Source of the DNA: Bacteroidota bacterium
GTDB taxonomy: Bacteria; Bacteroidota; Rhodothermia; Rhodothermales; Rubricoccaceae
Assembly (NCBI GenBank): GCA_039177895.1
Contig: JBCDFO010000001.1
Coordinates: 1-55,019, forward strand
Direction of reading: 5' to 3'
DNA: 55,019 nt
A program made the position numbers and the translations under genes. Shown piece by piece: positions 40,169 to 50,014 of the stretch. The notes below the pieces were generated by a model. It did no database searches. It saw only the letters and a list, made by a program, of their open reading frames with translations, and had not been told where the DNA came from. Position 1 is the stretch's first letter. The number at the start of each line of letters is the position of its first letter.

Positions 40169-40208
40169 TGGCGCACCCAGTCAAGAGAATGGCACCGCCT
40201 GTCAAGAA
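40169..40208 (+). repeat. tandem ~20-bp direct repeat TGGCRC..GTCAAGA
   Basis: tggcgcacccagtcaagaga followed by (a)tggcaccgcctgtcaagaa, about 100 bp upstream of the ATG at 40308. Confidence 0.6.
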
Positions 40209-40307
40209 GGCTACGACGGCGGCTCTCTAAGCTGGAAGCACAGGCCTTCAAGGGCTCGATTCGCTTCACCGCGACCGCGTTTCCAGGTCGCCTACCCCAA
40301 CCATCCC

Positions 40308-41204
40308 ATGCGACACCTACCTCTCCATCTGCTCATCGTCCTGCTGCTCGCGCCGTTCGTCAGCGTGGCGCAGCCCGGACCTACGCTTACGCTCACCAAC
40401 GAAGTGTGGCCGAGCCGATCGCTCTCCGATGCCGAGATCGACGGCGCGGATGCTACACTCGACGGGGCCACGCTGAGCACGGTCTCGACCGGCTTGGCCG
40501 CGACATACCCCTTCATCCTCCGTGGCGGTCGGACCGTCCTCGTGCCCCGGCTCTCGGTCCAGCAGCTTCGCTTCGACCACGACGGCTGGCCCCAGAACAC
40601 CCCGGCGGCCGACGAGGCCTACCTCATCGATCTCGGCCTGTCGGTGCAGCACCAACTCTCGACCCGCTGGGCGCTGCGAGCCGACCTCAATCCCTCGCTC
40701 GCCTCCGACCTCGACCGGAAGCTAGACGAAGACGACTTCGTGCTCCAGGGCGCGGCGATGGCCCTATGGCAAGCGACTCCTCGGTTCACGATGGGCTTCG
40801 GTGCGGCCTATTCGACCGTCTTCGGGACACCAGTGCCCGTTCCACTCCTCCTCCTGCAGCACCGCGGCCAGTCCTGGCGGGCCGAGGCCTTCCTCCCCGC
40901 GAGCATCGAGGCGTGGTGGGTCCCGTCGCAGCGCGTCGAACTCGGACTGGCTATCGAAGCGCTCGGCAGCCGCCACCGGCTCGGCGCGGAGGAGGCGCTC
41001 TTCGACCACCCCTTCGCCGAGGCACTCACCCTCACGGTCGGGCCGTCCCTCAACGTCCGCCCGGCCCCGTGGCTCCAGTTGGGCATCGACTCCGGCGTCT
41101 CGCTCTACCGGCAGGTCCGCGTGACCGACGGCGACGACGAAGTCAACCGCTACGAGCCCGACCCCACGGCCTTCATCCGCACGCGTCTCACCTTCGGACG
41201 CTAA
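40308..41204 (+). CDS. secreted / outer-membrane beta-barrel-like hypothetical protein
   Basis: 298 aa. Signal peptide LLLAPFVSVAQ, alternating strand pattern, C-terminal RTRLTFGR. Confidence 0.5.
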   Translation: MRHLPLHLLIVLLLAPFVSVAQPGPTLTLTNEVWPSRSLSDAEIDGADATLDGATLSTVSTGLAATYPFILRGGRTVLVPRLSVQQLRFDHDGWPQNTPAADEAYLIDLGLSVQHQLSTRWALRADLNPSLASDLDRKLDEDDFVLQGAAMALWQATPRFTMGFGAAYSTVFGTPVPVPLLLLQHRGQSWRAEAFLPASIEAWWVPSQRVELGLAIEALGSRHRLGAEEALFDHPFAEALTLTVGPSLNVRPAPWLQLGIDSGVSLYRQVRVTDGDDEVNRYEPDPTAFIRTRLTFGR

Positions 41205-41426
41205 ACCCCACGCCCCATGTACGACAACTTCCCCAGCACCCTCTACGGCCCGCTGATCTGGCAAGCTCCAGCTGCCTTCTGGTGGGTCCGCCGCGCGCCT
41301 GCCACAGATGCGCCCATTCCCAAGACGCAGCCCGCGCATCGTCTTGCTGACGACCCTCAGACGCCTCCCGCCATCGAGGTATCGAAGGAGCGGCTTCCCG
41401 TACTCGAACCCCATTCCTGAACAACG

Positions 41427-42308
41427 ATGTCTGTGCTTCTACTCGCCGGCGCGACCGGCACCTTGGGCCGCGCCCTCGTTCACCAGCTCGCTGAGCAACG
41501 ACGCCCCACACGCCTGCTCGTCCGCCGTCCCGAGGCGCTGCCCGCCGACCTCCCGCACACCATCGAGGTCGTGCTCGGCGAGGTCACGCAGCCCGAGACG
41601 CTGGTGGGCGTGATGGACGGCGTCGGGGCCGTGCTCTCGACAGTCGGCATCACGCGGCAGCGCGACGGGTTGACCTACGACCAAGTGGACTATGGGGCCA
41701 ACCGGAACCTTCTCGATGCAGCGCTCGCGGCAGGCGTGCCTCGGTTCGGGTACGTCTCCGTCCTGGGCGGGCGGGCGCTCCGGCACATCGCGCTCTGCGC
41801 GGCGAAGGAGCGGTTCGTGGACGACCTCACGCAGGCCGACATCGAGTCGGTCGTGATCCGCCCGACGGGGTTCTACACCGACCTCGCGGCGTTCGTCGCG
41901 ATGGCAAAGCGCGACCGCGCCTGGATCTTCGGCGACGGGCAGCGACGCCTCAACCCCATCCACCCCGAAGACCTCGCCGTCGCGTGCCTCCGCGCACTCG
42001 ACGCGGGCACGCCTGAGGCGGCCGTCGGCGGCCCCGAGGTGCTCACCCACGAGGCCATCGCGCGGCTCGCCTTCGAGGCGGTTGGGTGGTCCCCAGTCGT
42101 GACCCCTATCCCCGACCTCGTGCGGCGGGCAGCGCTGGCCGTCGCCCGACGACTCCCCGCGACCTGGGCGGGCCCCGCCGCCTTCTTCCTCGCCATGATG
42201 GGACGCGACCAGATCGCTCCAACGTTTGGCGAGCGGCACCTCCGAGACTTCTTCCACAAGGTGGCATACCCGACGCCGAGCGGCGCCCCCGACTACGCTG
42301 CGGCGTGA
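41427..42308 (+). CDS. NAD(P)-binding SDR/NmrA-like oxidoreductase
   Basis: N-terminal VLLLAGATGTLGRALVHQL Rossmann motif. 293 aa. Confidence 0.75.
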   Translation: MSVLLLAGATGTLGRALVHQLAEQRRPTRLLVRRPEALPADLPHTIEVVLGEVTQPETLVGVMDGVGAVLSTVGITRQRDGLTYDQVDYGANRNLLDAALAAGVPRFGYVSVLGGRALRHIALCAAKERFVDDLTQADIESVVIRPTGFYTDLAAFVAMAKRDRAWIFGDGQRRLNPIHPEDLAVACLRALDAGTPEAAVGGPEVLTHEAIARLAFEAVGWSPVVTPIPDLVRRAALAVARRLPATWAGPAAFFLAMMGRDQIAPTFGERHLRDFFHKVAYPTPSGAPDYAAA

Positions 42309-42328
42309 CCACCAACCGCTCCTTTGCC

Positions 42329-43033
42329 ATGACTATGCACTCTTCATCCGTACGTGACGTGCCGACCGGTGCTGCGGCGCTGGGCATGGCCGCCACCTAC
42401 CTGCTCGGCTTCGCCTACTTCGGCGGCGTCTGGGCGTACCCCACCGACGCGCCCGCACCCGACCGGATCGCCTACCTGGCCGATCACCGCGTCGCTGTTC
42501 ACCTGGCCTACGTCACGATCTACCTTGTGTTCGGCGGGCTGCTCTCCGTGCTCGTCGTGCGTCTGCGAGCCCGCATGCCGTCGGGAACGCTCATGCAGAT
42601 GGCGACGCTATTCGGGGCGGTCTGGGTTGGCCTCGTCCTGGCGAGCGGCATGCTGCTCACGACCGGTCTGCAGGCTGCTGTCGCCCTTGCCGAGAACGAT
42701 CCCGAGCGCGCCGCCGAGGTCTGGGACGTGGTCGCGCTCCTCGCCGACAGCATCGGTGGCGGCAACGAACTCGTCGGGGGCCTCTGGGCGCTGCTGACGA
42801 GCCTCCATGCCCGCACGCACGGGTGGTTCTCGGCGCGGCTCAACATCCTCGGGCTTTCGGTCGGGACCGTCGGCGTGGCAACGGTCTATCCGAGCGAGGT
42901 ACTCCCGGCCGTTTTCGGTGTGGCGCAGCTCGTGTGGTTCGTCGGTGTTGGGTACGCGCTCCTCAGCCGGAGAGAAGTCTTTGTTCCGGCCTCAGCTGAG
43001 GCACACGATGGGCTCGTACGCCCTGCGGTATGA
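42329..43033 (+). CDS. multi-pass membrane protein (DUF4386-like)
   Basis: ATG at 42329 within ORF 42086..43033. About 6 TM helices. Family assignment is tentative. Confidence 0.5.
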   Translation: MTMHSSSVRDVPTGAAALGMAATYLLGFAYFGGVWAYPTDAPAPDRIAYLADHRVAVHLAYVTIYLVFGGLLSVLVVRLRARMPSGTLMQMATLFGAVWVGLVLASGMLLTTGLQAAVALAENDPERAAEVWDVVALLADSIGGGNELVGGLWALLTSLHARTHGWFSARLNILGLSVGTVGVATVYPSEVLPAVFGVAQLVWFVGVGYALLSRREVFVPASAEAHDGLVRPAV

Positions 43034-43110
43034 ATGAGAAACGCTATGTTTGCTGCGCATACCAGCGCTCAACTCGAAGGACGGACCCAACCTAGTTCAA
43101 GGGTGAAGGC

Positions 43111-44142
43111 ATGAAGCGCATCCATGACAAGCTGCAGCACCTCATCGCTAAAGAGGTGCGCACGCGGCATACGCGCAGCGTGCTACTCGGCGTGCAGACC
43201 GGAGATCGAACGGTCGACTTCCGGGGGGCTGCCGGTGAGGTGTCCCCGGACAGTCCCTACTTCGTCGCGAGCATCGCCAAGATGTTCACCGCGACCGTCG
43301 TGATGCAGCTAGTCGACGAGGGAACGCTGAATCTGGACGAGCCTATCCAGACCTACCTCTCCCATCTGCCCCTGGATGGCATCCACGTCTACAAGGGCGT
43401 CGATTACAGCCAGCACCTCAGGGTCTACCACCTGTTGCACCAGACCTCGGGGCTGCCCGACTGCTTCGCAGGCGGTCTGGTTGAGGACTTCAAGAGGAAT
43501 CAGGATCGGTCCTACAGCGTGGAGGACGTGCTGGAGATGGCACGGAACGCGGCCCCATTCGCGGCACCGGATAGCGGCAAATCGCACTACTCCGACACGA
43601 ACTACCAACTCCTCGGGGCCCTCTTAGAGGCGATCACCGAGCAGCCTCTCGCCGAGGGCTTCCAGGCACGGATCTTCGGCCCTCTCGGGATGGCCGACTC
43701 CTACCTGTTCGACAGCAGCAAGCCCAGGCCAGTAGAGCCCCTTCCGGCCTACTACAACGACACCAGGCTGTCGCTTCCGCTGGCCATCACGTCCGAGCGC
43801 GGCACAGGAGGCGCGGTATCCACCGTGTCGGACACCCTGCGGTTCTTGCGGGGCTTCTTCGGGGGCCAGCTCTTCGAAAAGGCCCACTTCGAGCGCATGA
43901 TGCAGTGGACCCCCATGTTTTTCCCCATGCAGTACGGCTACGGAATCTGGCGCTACCAGTTGCCTCGCTGGGCCACCCTGTTTCGCGCGTCACCTGAGTT
44001 CATCGGCCATGCTGGCGTCTGGGGAGCCATGGCCTTCTACAGCCCCGAGCACGACCTCTACATCGCCGGGACGCTCAACCAACTGGACAAGCCCGCACGG
44101 CAGTTCCAGCTCATGCCGCGCATCGTGAGCGCGCTGACGTAG
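43111..44142 (+). CDS. serine hydrolase of the beta-lactamase / penicillin-binding fold
   Basis: FVASIAKMFTA contains the SxxK motif. YSDTNYQLLG contains the YxN motif. 343 aa. Confidence 0.8.
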   Translation: MKRIHDKLQHLIAKEVRTRHTRSVLLGVQTGDRTVDFRGAAGEVSPDSPYFVASIAKMFTATVVMQLVDEGTLNLDEPIQTYLSHLPLDGIHVYKGVDYSQHLRVYHLLHQTSGLPDCFAGGLVEDFKRNQDRSYSVEDVLEMARNAAPFAAPDSGKSHYSDTNYQLLGALLEAITEQPLAEGFQARIFGPLGMADSYLFDSSKPRPVEPLPAYYNDTRLSLPLAITSERGTGGAVSTVSDTLRFLRGFFGGQLFEKAHFERMMQWTPMFFPMQYGYGIWRYQLPRWATLFRASPEFIGHAGVWGAMAFYSPEHDLYIAGTLNQLDKPARQFQLMPRIVSALT

Positions 44143-44264
44143 AGACGCGGATGGGCCGCCGAGCCCGAAGTCGGTCCAGCCGTCGGCTGCAGCGACGACG
44201 ACGCTCGGAGCGTTGGTGGGAATCCAGATAGCGTGTATCATGCAGAAGGCAGCCATGACCGCGC

Positions 44265-45764
44265 TTGAACGCTCTCCGCCCGCTCACCCTCCGGTTTCTC
44301 TCGCCTCCCGTCGAGGAAGCGTTCCGGGCCGAGTACGCCCGGCAGTCCCTGCGGCAGGTCCGTCTCGTCCTCCTTGTAGGGCTCGTCCAGTTCGCCGCGT
44401 TTGGATTCGTCGATGCAGCGGTGGTCCCAGACGGGCTCCGGTACACACTGCCGATCCGGGCCGTCGGATGCGCTGCGCTGGCCGCGGCCTTCGCCGCCTC
44501 CTTTACGCCCTGGTTCCTCAGGCGGATGCAGGCCGTCGTGGGCGCGGCGACGTTCACGGCCGGGGTCGGCTTGGTCTCCATCATCGCCCTCTCGTGGCAC
44601 TACGGGGGGGACGCCGCGCGCGAGGCGGTTGTCCCCGCGCTCGTCGGCGTCGTTCTCATCGTCGTCCTCTTTGTACACGTTCTCATGCGCCTTCGCTTCG
44701 TCGTCGCAAGCGGGATTGGATGGGCCATCGTCGCCGCCTACCTCGTGGCCGCGGCGTGGGTGGGGGGAGGCGTCGCCATCGCCACCGACGCCTCCGTCCT
44801 CTTCGCAGCGGGGCTCTCGGGGATGGTCGCGAGCTACGTCCTCGAGCGGGCGGCGCGGGGAGAGTTCGCCCATGCCCAGGCTCTCTCCTCGAAGAACGCG
44901 GAGCTGCAGAGCGCCCTCCACGACCTTCATGAGGCCCAGGCCAGCCTTGTACAGCAGGAGAAGATGGCCGCGCTCGGGCGCCTCACAGCAGGGGCCGCCC
45001 ACGAGCTGAAGAATCCGCTCAACTTCGTCAACAACTTCGCCGAGCTCTCCGTCGAGCTTGCCGCCGAGGTACGGGACGAACTGGAGGCATCGCGGGGCCA
45101 GCAGGTGGGCGAGATCATCGGGGCTCTCGACCCGCTCCTCGCCGACCTCGAGGCCAACGCCCAGAAGGTCCGTGAGCATGGGCGCCGGGCCGACGCCGTC
45201 GTACGGGGGATGGGGAGGCACGATGCCCCGGCCGTATCAGAACGGCGGGCGGTCGAACTCAACGGGCTCGTCGAGGAAAACGTGGCACGGACGCTCTGGG
45301 GCATGGACGGGGACGTCCTCACCGTAGAGCGGGACTACGACCCGGATGCGGGCACGGCCATGGTCGATCCGGAGGAGCTTGGGAGGGCAATCCAGGCTCT
45401 CGTTCAAAACGCGCTCGACGCGGTAGCCGATGAGGCGTCGTCGGGCGATCCGGCCCCTGAACCGCGCGTTGTCGTACGGACCCGCCGGGCGGATGGGGTC
45501 ATTCGGGTGGAGGTAGAGGACAACGGGGCCGGGGTCTCGGCGGACCTCCACGACCGCGTGTTCGAGCCGTTCTTCACGACGCGGCCCGCTGGGAGCGGGC
45601 ACCTCGGCCTGGGCCTCTCCCTTGCCCATCAGGTGGCGCGGAGCCACGGCGGGACTCTCGAGGTGGGACCAGGGGACGGGGCGATGTTCACCCTCACCCT
45701 CCCCGCCGCTCCCGCTGGCCTCAACCGATCCGCCACCGGCCGACTCGTAGCCCCCGCTCCATGA
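44265..45764 (+). CDS. membrane sensor histidine kinase (orphan)
   Basis: About 6 N-terminal TM helices, H-box AAHELKNPLN, and an HATPase region (GAGV, GLGLSLA). The ORF opens with TTG, so the start is uncertain. Confidence 0.75.
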   Translation: MNALRPLTLRFLSPPVEEAFRAEYARQSLRQVRLVLLVGLVQFAAFGFVDAAVVPDGLRYTLPIRAVGCAALAAAFAASFTPWFLRRMQAVVGAATFTAGVGLVSIIALSWHYGGDAAREAVVPALVGVVLIVVLFVHVLMRLRFVVASGIGWAIVAAYLVAAAWVGGGVAIATDASVLFAAGLSGMVASYVLERAARGEFAHAQALSSKNAELQSALHDLHEAQASLVQQEKMAALGRLTAGAAHELKNPLNFVNNFAELSVELAAEVRDELEASRGQQVGEIIGALDPLLADLEANAQKVREHGRRADAVVRGMGRHDAPAVSERRAVELNGLVEENVARTLWGMDGDVLTVERDYDPDAGTAMVDPEELGRAIQALVQNALDAVADEASSGDPAPEPRVVVRTRRADGVIRVEVEDNGAGVSADLHDRVFEPFFTTRPAGSGHLGLGLSLAHQVARSHGGTLEVGPGDGAMFTLTLPAAPAGLNRSATGRLVAPAP

Positions 45765-45881
45765 TCCTGGCCACGGGCATCTGCTCCGTCAACGCCCACG
45801 GCTTGGATGGTCGCCGTAGAGTGACTGGCCTTGGTGCCAGCTACGCTGTTGGAGGAGCGCCTCGCCAATGATGGAGCGTCT

Positions 45882-46376
45882 CTATGCGGCGTAGAGTACG
45901 GTCAGCAGGATCCCTGTCGCGATGACGCCGCAGGCCGTCCGAAACGCGTTCCAGAAGATCCACCGTGCCTCAAACTGCGCCCGCGCGGCTTCCAGTCCGG
46001 CCGTATCGAGGGTGTGCAGATCGAGCGCCTGAAGTTGGTTGTTGAGCGGCACATTGAACACGAATGTCGGAAGCTGCACGCCTACGAAGAAGAGGGCGAC
46101 GGCCCCGAACAGCAGCGCCTGAGGCATACCTGAGAGCGCAGGGGCATAGACAACAGTCGCTGCGATCAGCGTCACGACCGACCCGACCCAGACGAGCAAA
46201 AAGCGCGGGTCGTTGTTCTGGATGATGCGGTCCATGGCCTTGAAGGCGCCCAGGAAGTCGCGGTCGCTGAGGGTGCGGATGCCAGGCATCACGACGACGG
46301 TGAAGGCGAACACAAGGCCTGTTGTCAAGCTGCAGAGCAGCGTAGCAGCGAGCAGAAGAAGAGGGAGGTCGTTCAT
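45882..46376 (-). CDS. DUF1772 (anthrone-oxygenase-like) membrane protein
   Basis: ATG at 46376 within ORF 45882..46670. 164 aa with four TM helices and a VMPGIRTLSDRDFLGAFKAMDR motif. Confidence 0.7.
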   Translation of the reverse strand: MNDLPLLLLAATLLCSLTTGLVFAFTVVVMPGIRTLSDRDFLGAFKAMDRIIQNNDPRFLLVWVGSVVTLIAATVVYAPALSGMPQALLFGAVALFFVGVQLPTFVFNVPLNNQLQALDLHTLDTAGLEAARAQFEARWIFWNAFRTACGVIATGILLTVLYAA

Positions 46377-46437
46377 CGGATTCGAAAGCAGTGGGCGCGC
46401 GGCTGTCGCGGCCGCACGCCCGGTGGTCAGGGACTGG

Positions 46438-47292
46438 CTAGGCGTGGGTAACGGCTGCGGCGCGCCAGGCTCCCGCCTCGGCCGCGTCGCGGGCGTAGGC
46501 GGCGAAGTCCTTCGGCGGGCGACCGAGCGCGCGCTGGACGCCGTCCGTGAGGTGCGCGTTGCGCCCATCGAGCACCGTAGCGAAGAGGTAGTCGAGCATC
46601 CAGACGACCTCCTTCGGCGCGCCGGACGCGCGGATGCCCTCCACGAAGGCGTCGTGAGGCACGGGGACAAACTGGATGGGGCGTCCCGTCGCGGCGGTCA
46701 GGTCGGTGGCCAGATCCTCGAACGTCATCAGGCGCGGGCCCGTGACTTCGTAGACCTCGCCCTCGTGCCCGGGCTCGGTCAGCGCCGCCACCGCCACCTC
46801 GGCGATGTCGTCCACGTCCACGAACGGCTCGGGGATGTCGCCTGCGGGCAGCGTGATCTGGCCCGCGAGGACCATGTCGGCGAACGCGCCTTCGGAGAAG
46901 TTCTGGTTGAACCAGCTCGCGCGGACGACCGTCCAGGCGAGGCCGCTTTCTTGCACGATGCGTTCGCACGCTTGCGCCTCGGCCTCACCCCGTCCGGAGA
47001 GGAGGACAAGCCGCTGGACGCCGTGCCGCTTCGCGCGGGTGACGAGCGCCTGGATGGCGTCTGTCGCGCCGGGGATGGCGAGGTCGGGCGCGTAGGTGAT
47101 GTAGGCGGCGCTGGTGCCCTCGAGGGCGGCGTCCCACGTGGTCTCGTCGTTCCAGTCGAAGCGCGGCGTGGCGGAGCGCGAGCCAACGCGCACGGCGTGG
47201 CCGCGTGTGCGCAGCCGGTCAACGATGCGGCGGCCGGTCTTGCCGGTGCCGCCGATCACGAGGATGGGGCTGGTGTTGGTTGGGTTGGTCAT
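46438..47292 (-). CDS. NmrA-family NAD(P)-binding protein
   Basis: ATG at 47292. ILVIGGTGKTGRRIVDRL Rossmann motif. 284 aa. Confidence 0.8.
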   Translation of the reverse strand: MTNPTNTSPILVIGGTGKTGRRIVDRLRTRGHAVRVGSRSATPRFDWNDETTWDAALEGTSAAYITYAPDLAIPGATDAIQALVTRAKRHGVQRLVLLSGRGEAEAQACERIVQESGLAWTVVRASWFNQNFSEGAFADMVLAGQITLPAGDIPEPFVDVDDIAEVAVAALTEPGHEGEVYEVTGPRLMTFEDLATDLTAATGRPIQFVPVPHDAFVEGIRASGAPKEVVWMLDYLFATVLDGRNAHLTDGVQRALGRPPKDFAAYARDAAEAGAWRAAAVTHA

Positions 47293-47764
47293 AGCGTACC
47301 TCAGAAGGTTGGTGTTGAAGGACGCTTCCAGGGTAGGGGCTCGCCTGCGCCGACTTCTTGACCACCGATGCCATTCTCTTGACCGCGTGCGCCAACCACG
47401 CGCGCCTGGCGTCTTTTCGGTTCGTGCTCTTCCTTCGGCTCCCATCGGAGTGACCGGAATGCCTTCTCAGCCAAGCCCTCACGCGTGCGAGGCGGTCGTA
47501 CTCCGACTGCCTCATTGCCCCGTATGGCTCGCGAAGGTCTACAGACGTTGGCCCCTGTAGTGATTCATACGGCAGACAACTGTATGCATATATATGATTT
47601 TATACATATTGAACTAATGTAGCGAGTCATCTTAGGTTCTGGCGTTTGTCACCCTCAAACGGTCTCAATCCAGCGTGTATAATTCGTCGGATCAGGGCAC
47701 GCCTTTGATCTGGAACGAGCAGCCTACGGAGCAGTGAAGGGCTGGGACACGACCAGACTCCGCC

Positions 47765-48775
47765 ATGAAGACGATCACGTCGCTCTTCCCACGCAAAGTC
47801 ATCGAAGAGGCGCACCCGAGCGTCAACAAAGAGGCCTTGCTCCAAACCATCGGTCTGAGCCGCCACGAACCCGTAGACCCCGCCCGGATGGTGCCGGTCG
47901 GCGAGTTTTTCGGGTTCCTGGAGCGCCTCGTTCGCGCCGACCCGCTGGGCATCACCATCCCGCTTAGGGTCGGTGCAGCGATGCGCTGCGACGACTACGG
48001 CGCTTTCGGGCTCGCCTGGAAGTCAGCCACGACGTTGCGCGGGTCGTACGACCGCGCCGAGCGCTACGCCCGCGTGATGGGGAACGAATCGACGTACGAC
48101 GTCGAGCTAACGGCAGAGGGCGCGTACATGCAACTCCACCGGTTCGGTGAGCGGCAACTGGGCATGCGGATCTCAAATGAAGCGCACTTCGCGAGCATCA
48201 TGGCGATCAGCGGGCAGGTCGCGTCCACGTCGTTCCAGCCGCTGGCGGTCTTCTTCAAGCATGCGGCCCCGTCCACCGTGGAGCACCACGAGGCGTTCTT
48301 CGGGTGTCCCGTGCACTTCGGTGCGGACCGCGATGCCCTGCTGGTTTCGAATGAAACCTTGCATACGCCAAACAAGCTGGGTGACCCAGGCCTCTCGCGC
48401 TTCTTCGAGACCCACCTCCAAGCAGAAGTCGAAATGCTGGGCGATGTCGTGCCGCTCGACCGCCAGGTCCGCGACCACGTGGCGACCCAACTCAGCGAAG
48501 GGCTGCCTACGATTACCGATGTGGCGTCTCACCTCGGCATGAGTGCCCGCACGCTGCAGCGGCGGCTCGGTGAGCGCGGCCTCGCGTTTCAGACGCTCGT
48601 CAACGAGGCGCGGCGGCAACTCGCGCACCGTCTGCTGAAGAAAACCGATTTCAGCCTAATCGAGGTGGCGTTCATGACGGGCTATTCCAGCCAGAGTGCT
48701 TTCACGCGGGCCTTCAAGCGATGGGCGGGGCAGACACCGCGTTCGTATCGGATCCAGTTCCAGTTAGGGTCCTAG
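47765..48775 (+). CDS. AraC-family transcriptional regulator
   Basis: C-terminal double HTH (ITDVASHLGMSARTLQRRL ... GYSSQSAFTRAFKRWAGQTPRSYR). Divergent from the NmrA gene across an AT-rich spacer. Confidence 0.85.
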   Translation: MKTITSLFPRKVIEEAHPSVNKEALLQTIGLSRHEPVDPARMVPVGEFFGFLERLVRADPLGITIPLRVGAAMRCDDYGAFGLAWKSATTLRGSYDRAERYARVMGNESTYDVELTAEGAYMQLHRFGERQLGMRISNEAHFASIMAISGQVASTSFQPLAVFFKHAAPSTVEHHEAFFGCPVHFGADRDALLVSNETLHTPNKLGDPGLSRFFETHLQAEVEMLGDVVPLDRQVRDHVATQLSEGLPTITDVASHLGMSARTLQRRLGERGLAFQTLVNEARRQLAHRLLKKTDFSLIEVAFMTGYSSQSAFTRAFKRWAGQTPRSYRIQFQLGS

Positions 48776-48968
48776 CCGGTGTGCGTTGGCGCGTGTCCGT
48801 CCATGATGAGAGACTCCCGGACACCATCCATGCACGATAGCCCAGTTCTCGAAGCGCTTGGTTGACGATGGAGCTCATCGACGTACCGCAGGGATCGTCG
48901 CCGCGAGCGGCGGCGAGCTTGAGCGCGCGGCTCACCTCCTCGTCGAGGCCGATGGAGTGCTTCACCAC
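48714..48968 (-). CDS. ribbon-helix-helix (CopG-like) protein, possibly a remnant
   Basis: KHSIGLDEEVSRALKLAAARGDD...SMSSIVNQALREL fits an RHH fold. GTG start. The low-complexity tail overlaps the AraC 3-prime end by about 60 nt. Confidence 0.35.
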   Translation of the reverse strand: MVKHSIGLDEEVSRALKLAAARGDDPCGTSMSSIVNQALRELGYRAWMVSGSLSSWTDTRQRTPARTLTGTGSDTNAVSAPPIA

Positions 48969-49299
48969 GATACCGTCTCGGCGGCGATAGCGGCTCTAGC
49001 CCTCGTAGTAGTGGTCGGGGGTTTCCTCGGCCGCTGTAGCGCTGTGGAGATCGGGTAACGCCGGTGTTCGCTCAGGGGATGAGGGCGCGGGCGTGGGTCG
49101 TATGGAGGTCTCTTCCGTCGTGGGTGCGTATGGCTCCTCCTTTCGCTCGGTCGAGCGGCTGGCTCGGCGCGGGCGCTTTGACCTCGAAGGCGCTCTCGAA
49201 ACCCACAGCCGGGTTCCAGCATAGCCTTCCACCCAGCTTGGCTCCGTGAGGAGTCATGACTGTGACCGGCCCCGGCGTGGTGCAACACGTCGGGGTTTT

Positions 49300-49542
49300 C
49301 TATTTGAGGCGACGCAGCTTGAACATGCGGGGCTGTTCATGAGCAGCGTAGCCCGTGACGTAAGCAAACACGTCGAGGAGCGTGGCAAGAAGCGCGGTAT
49401 CCCCTGCCAGCGCCCGTGAGAGCGCGGTGCGGCTTTTCCCAAGAGCGCGAGCCACCTGGGCAGCAGAGATGCCTTCGGCCTCCATCGCTTTCGACGTGGC
49501 CTCGACGAGTTCGGCGTGCGTGAGCGTCTGTCCGGTTCGCAT
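49300..49542 (-). CDS. XRE/Cro-type helix-turn-helix regulator
   Basis: 80 aa. GISAAQVARALGKSRTALSRAL is an HTH. Confidence 0.6.
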   Translation of the reverse strand: MRTGQTLTHAELVEATSKAMEAEGISAAQVARALGKSRTALSRALAGDTALLATLLDVFAYVTGYAAHEQPRMFKLRRLK

Positions 49543-49586
49543 GACTATGCGGGGGGGGTAGTGGAGTCAGGAAGGTAGAGGCTTAA

Positions 49587-49650
49587 TGTAAACCAAAAAA
49601 GTTTGCAGAGCAGTAGGCCTTGCCCCATTTGTTTACTATATTGGTTTACA
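49587..49650. promoter_or_regulatory. operator-like inverted repeat in a divergent promoter region
   Basis: TGTAAACCAA (49587..49596) and TTGGTTTACA (49641..49650) are perfect 10-bp inverted repeats 44 bp apart. A related ttgtttac lies at 49629..49636. Confidence 0.5.
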
Positions 49651-49701
49651 TAAACACAGGGCGTTGCACCGCCCTCCTTCTCAACCCTTTTGGTCACTTT
49701 C

Positions 49702-49947
49702 ATGACGATCAGCCTATACATCCCCAGCACGCGCTACGGTCAGATCCGCGTCACCGCCGACATCGCCACCGACGATTACCGTATCGACTTCCTCACCGAC
49801 GGGAGGGGGCGGCCTTTCCCCGGCACCATCGAAGCCGACGTGCTCGAAGAGGTTGAGACGGCTATCGAGTTTGAGTTGCAATGCGCGCGCTATGACGAGG
49901 CTATGCGCAACATGGACGACATGGCGCTCGCGTCCCTTCACGCCTAG
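49702..49947 (+). CDS. small hypothetical protein
   Basis: ATG at 49702 (the ORF opens at TTG 49690). 81 aa, acidic, no family recognised. Confidence 0.4.
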   Translation: MTISLYIPSTRYGQIRVTADIATDDYRIDFLTDGRGRPFPGTIEADVLEEVETAIEFELQCARYDEAMRNMDDMALASLHA

Positions 49948-50014
49948 AACCTTGATGGGGCGACGGCTTCGGTCCTTGCCCCATCGCTTCTTCCGACCTC
50001 AGACCAAGCTGACC

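Noticed and set aside
41217-41420. 67-aa ORF between the barrel-like gene and the SDR gene
   Set aside because: No motif or hydrophobic segment, and Pro-rich. It could be a real small protein, but the sequence alone gives no support.
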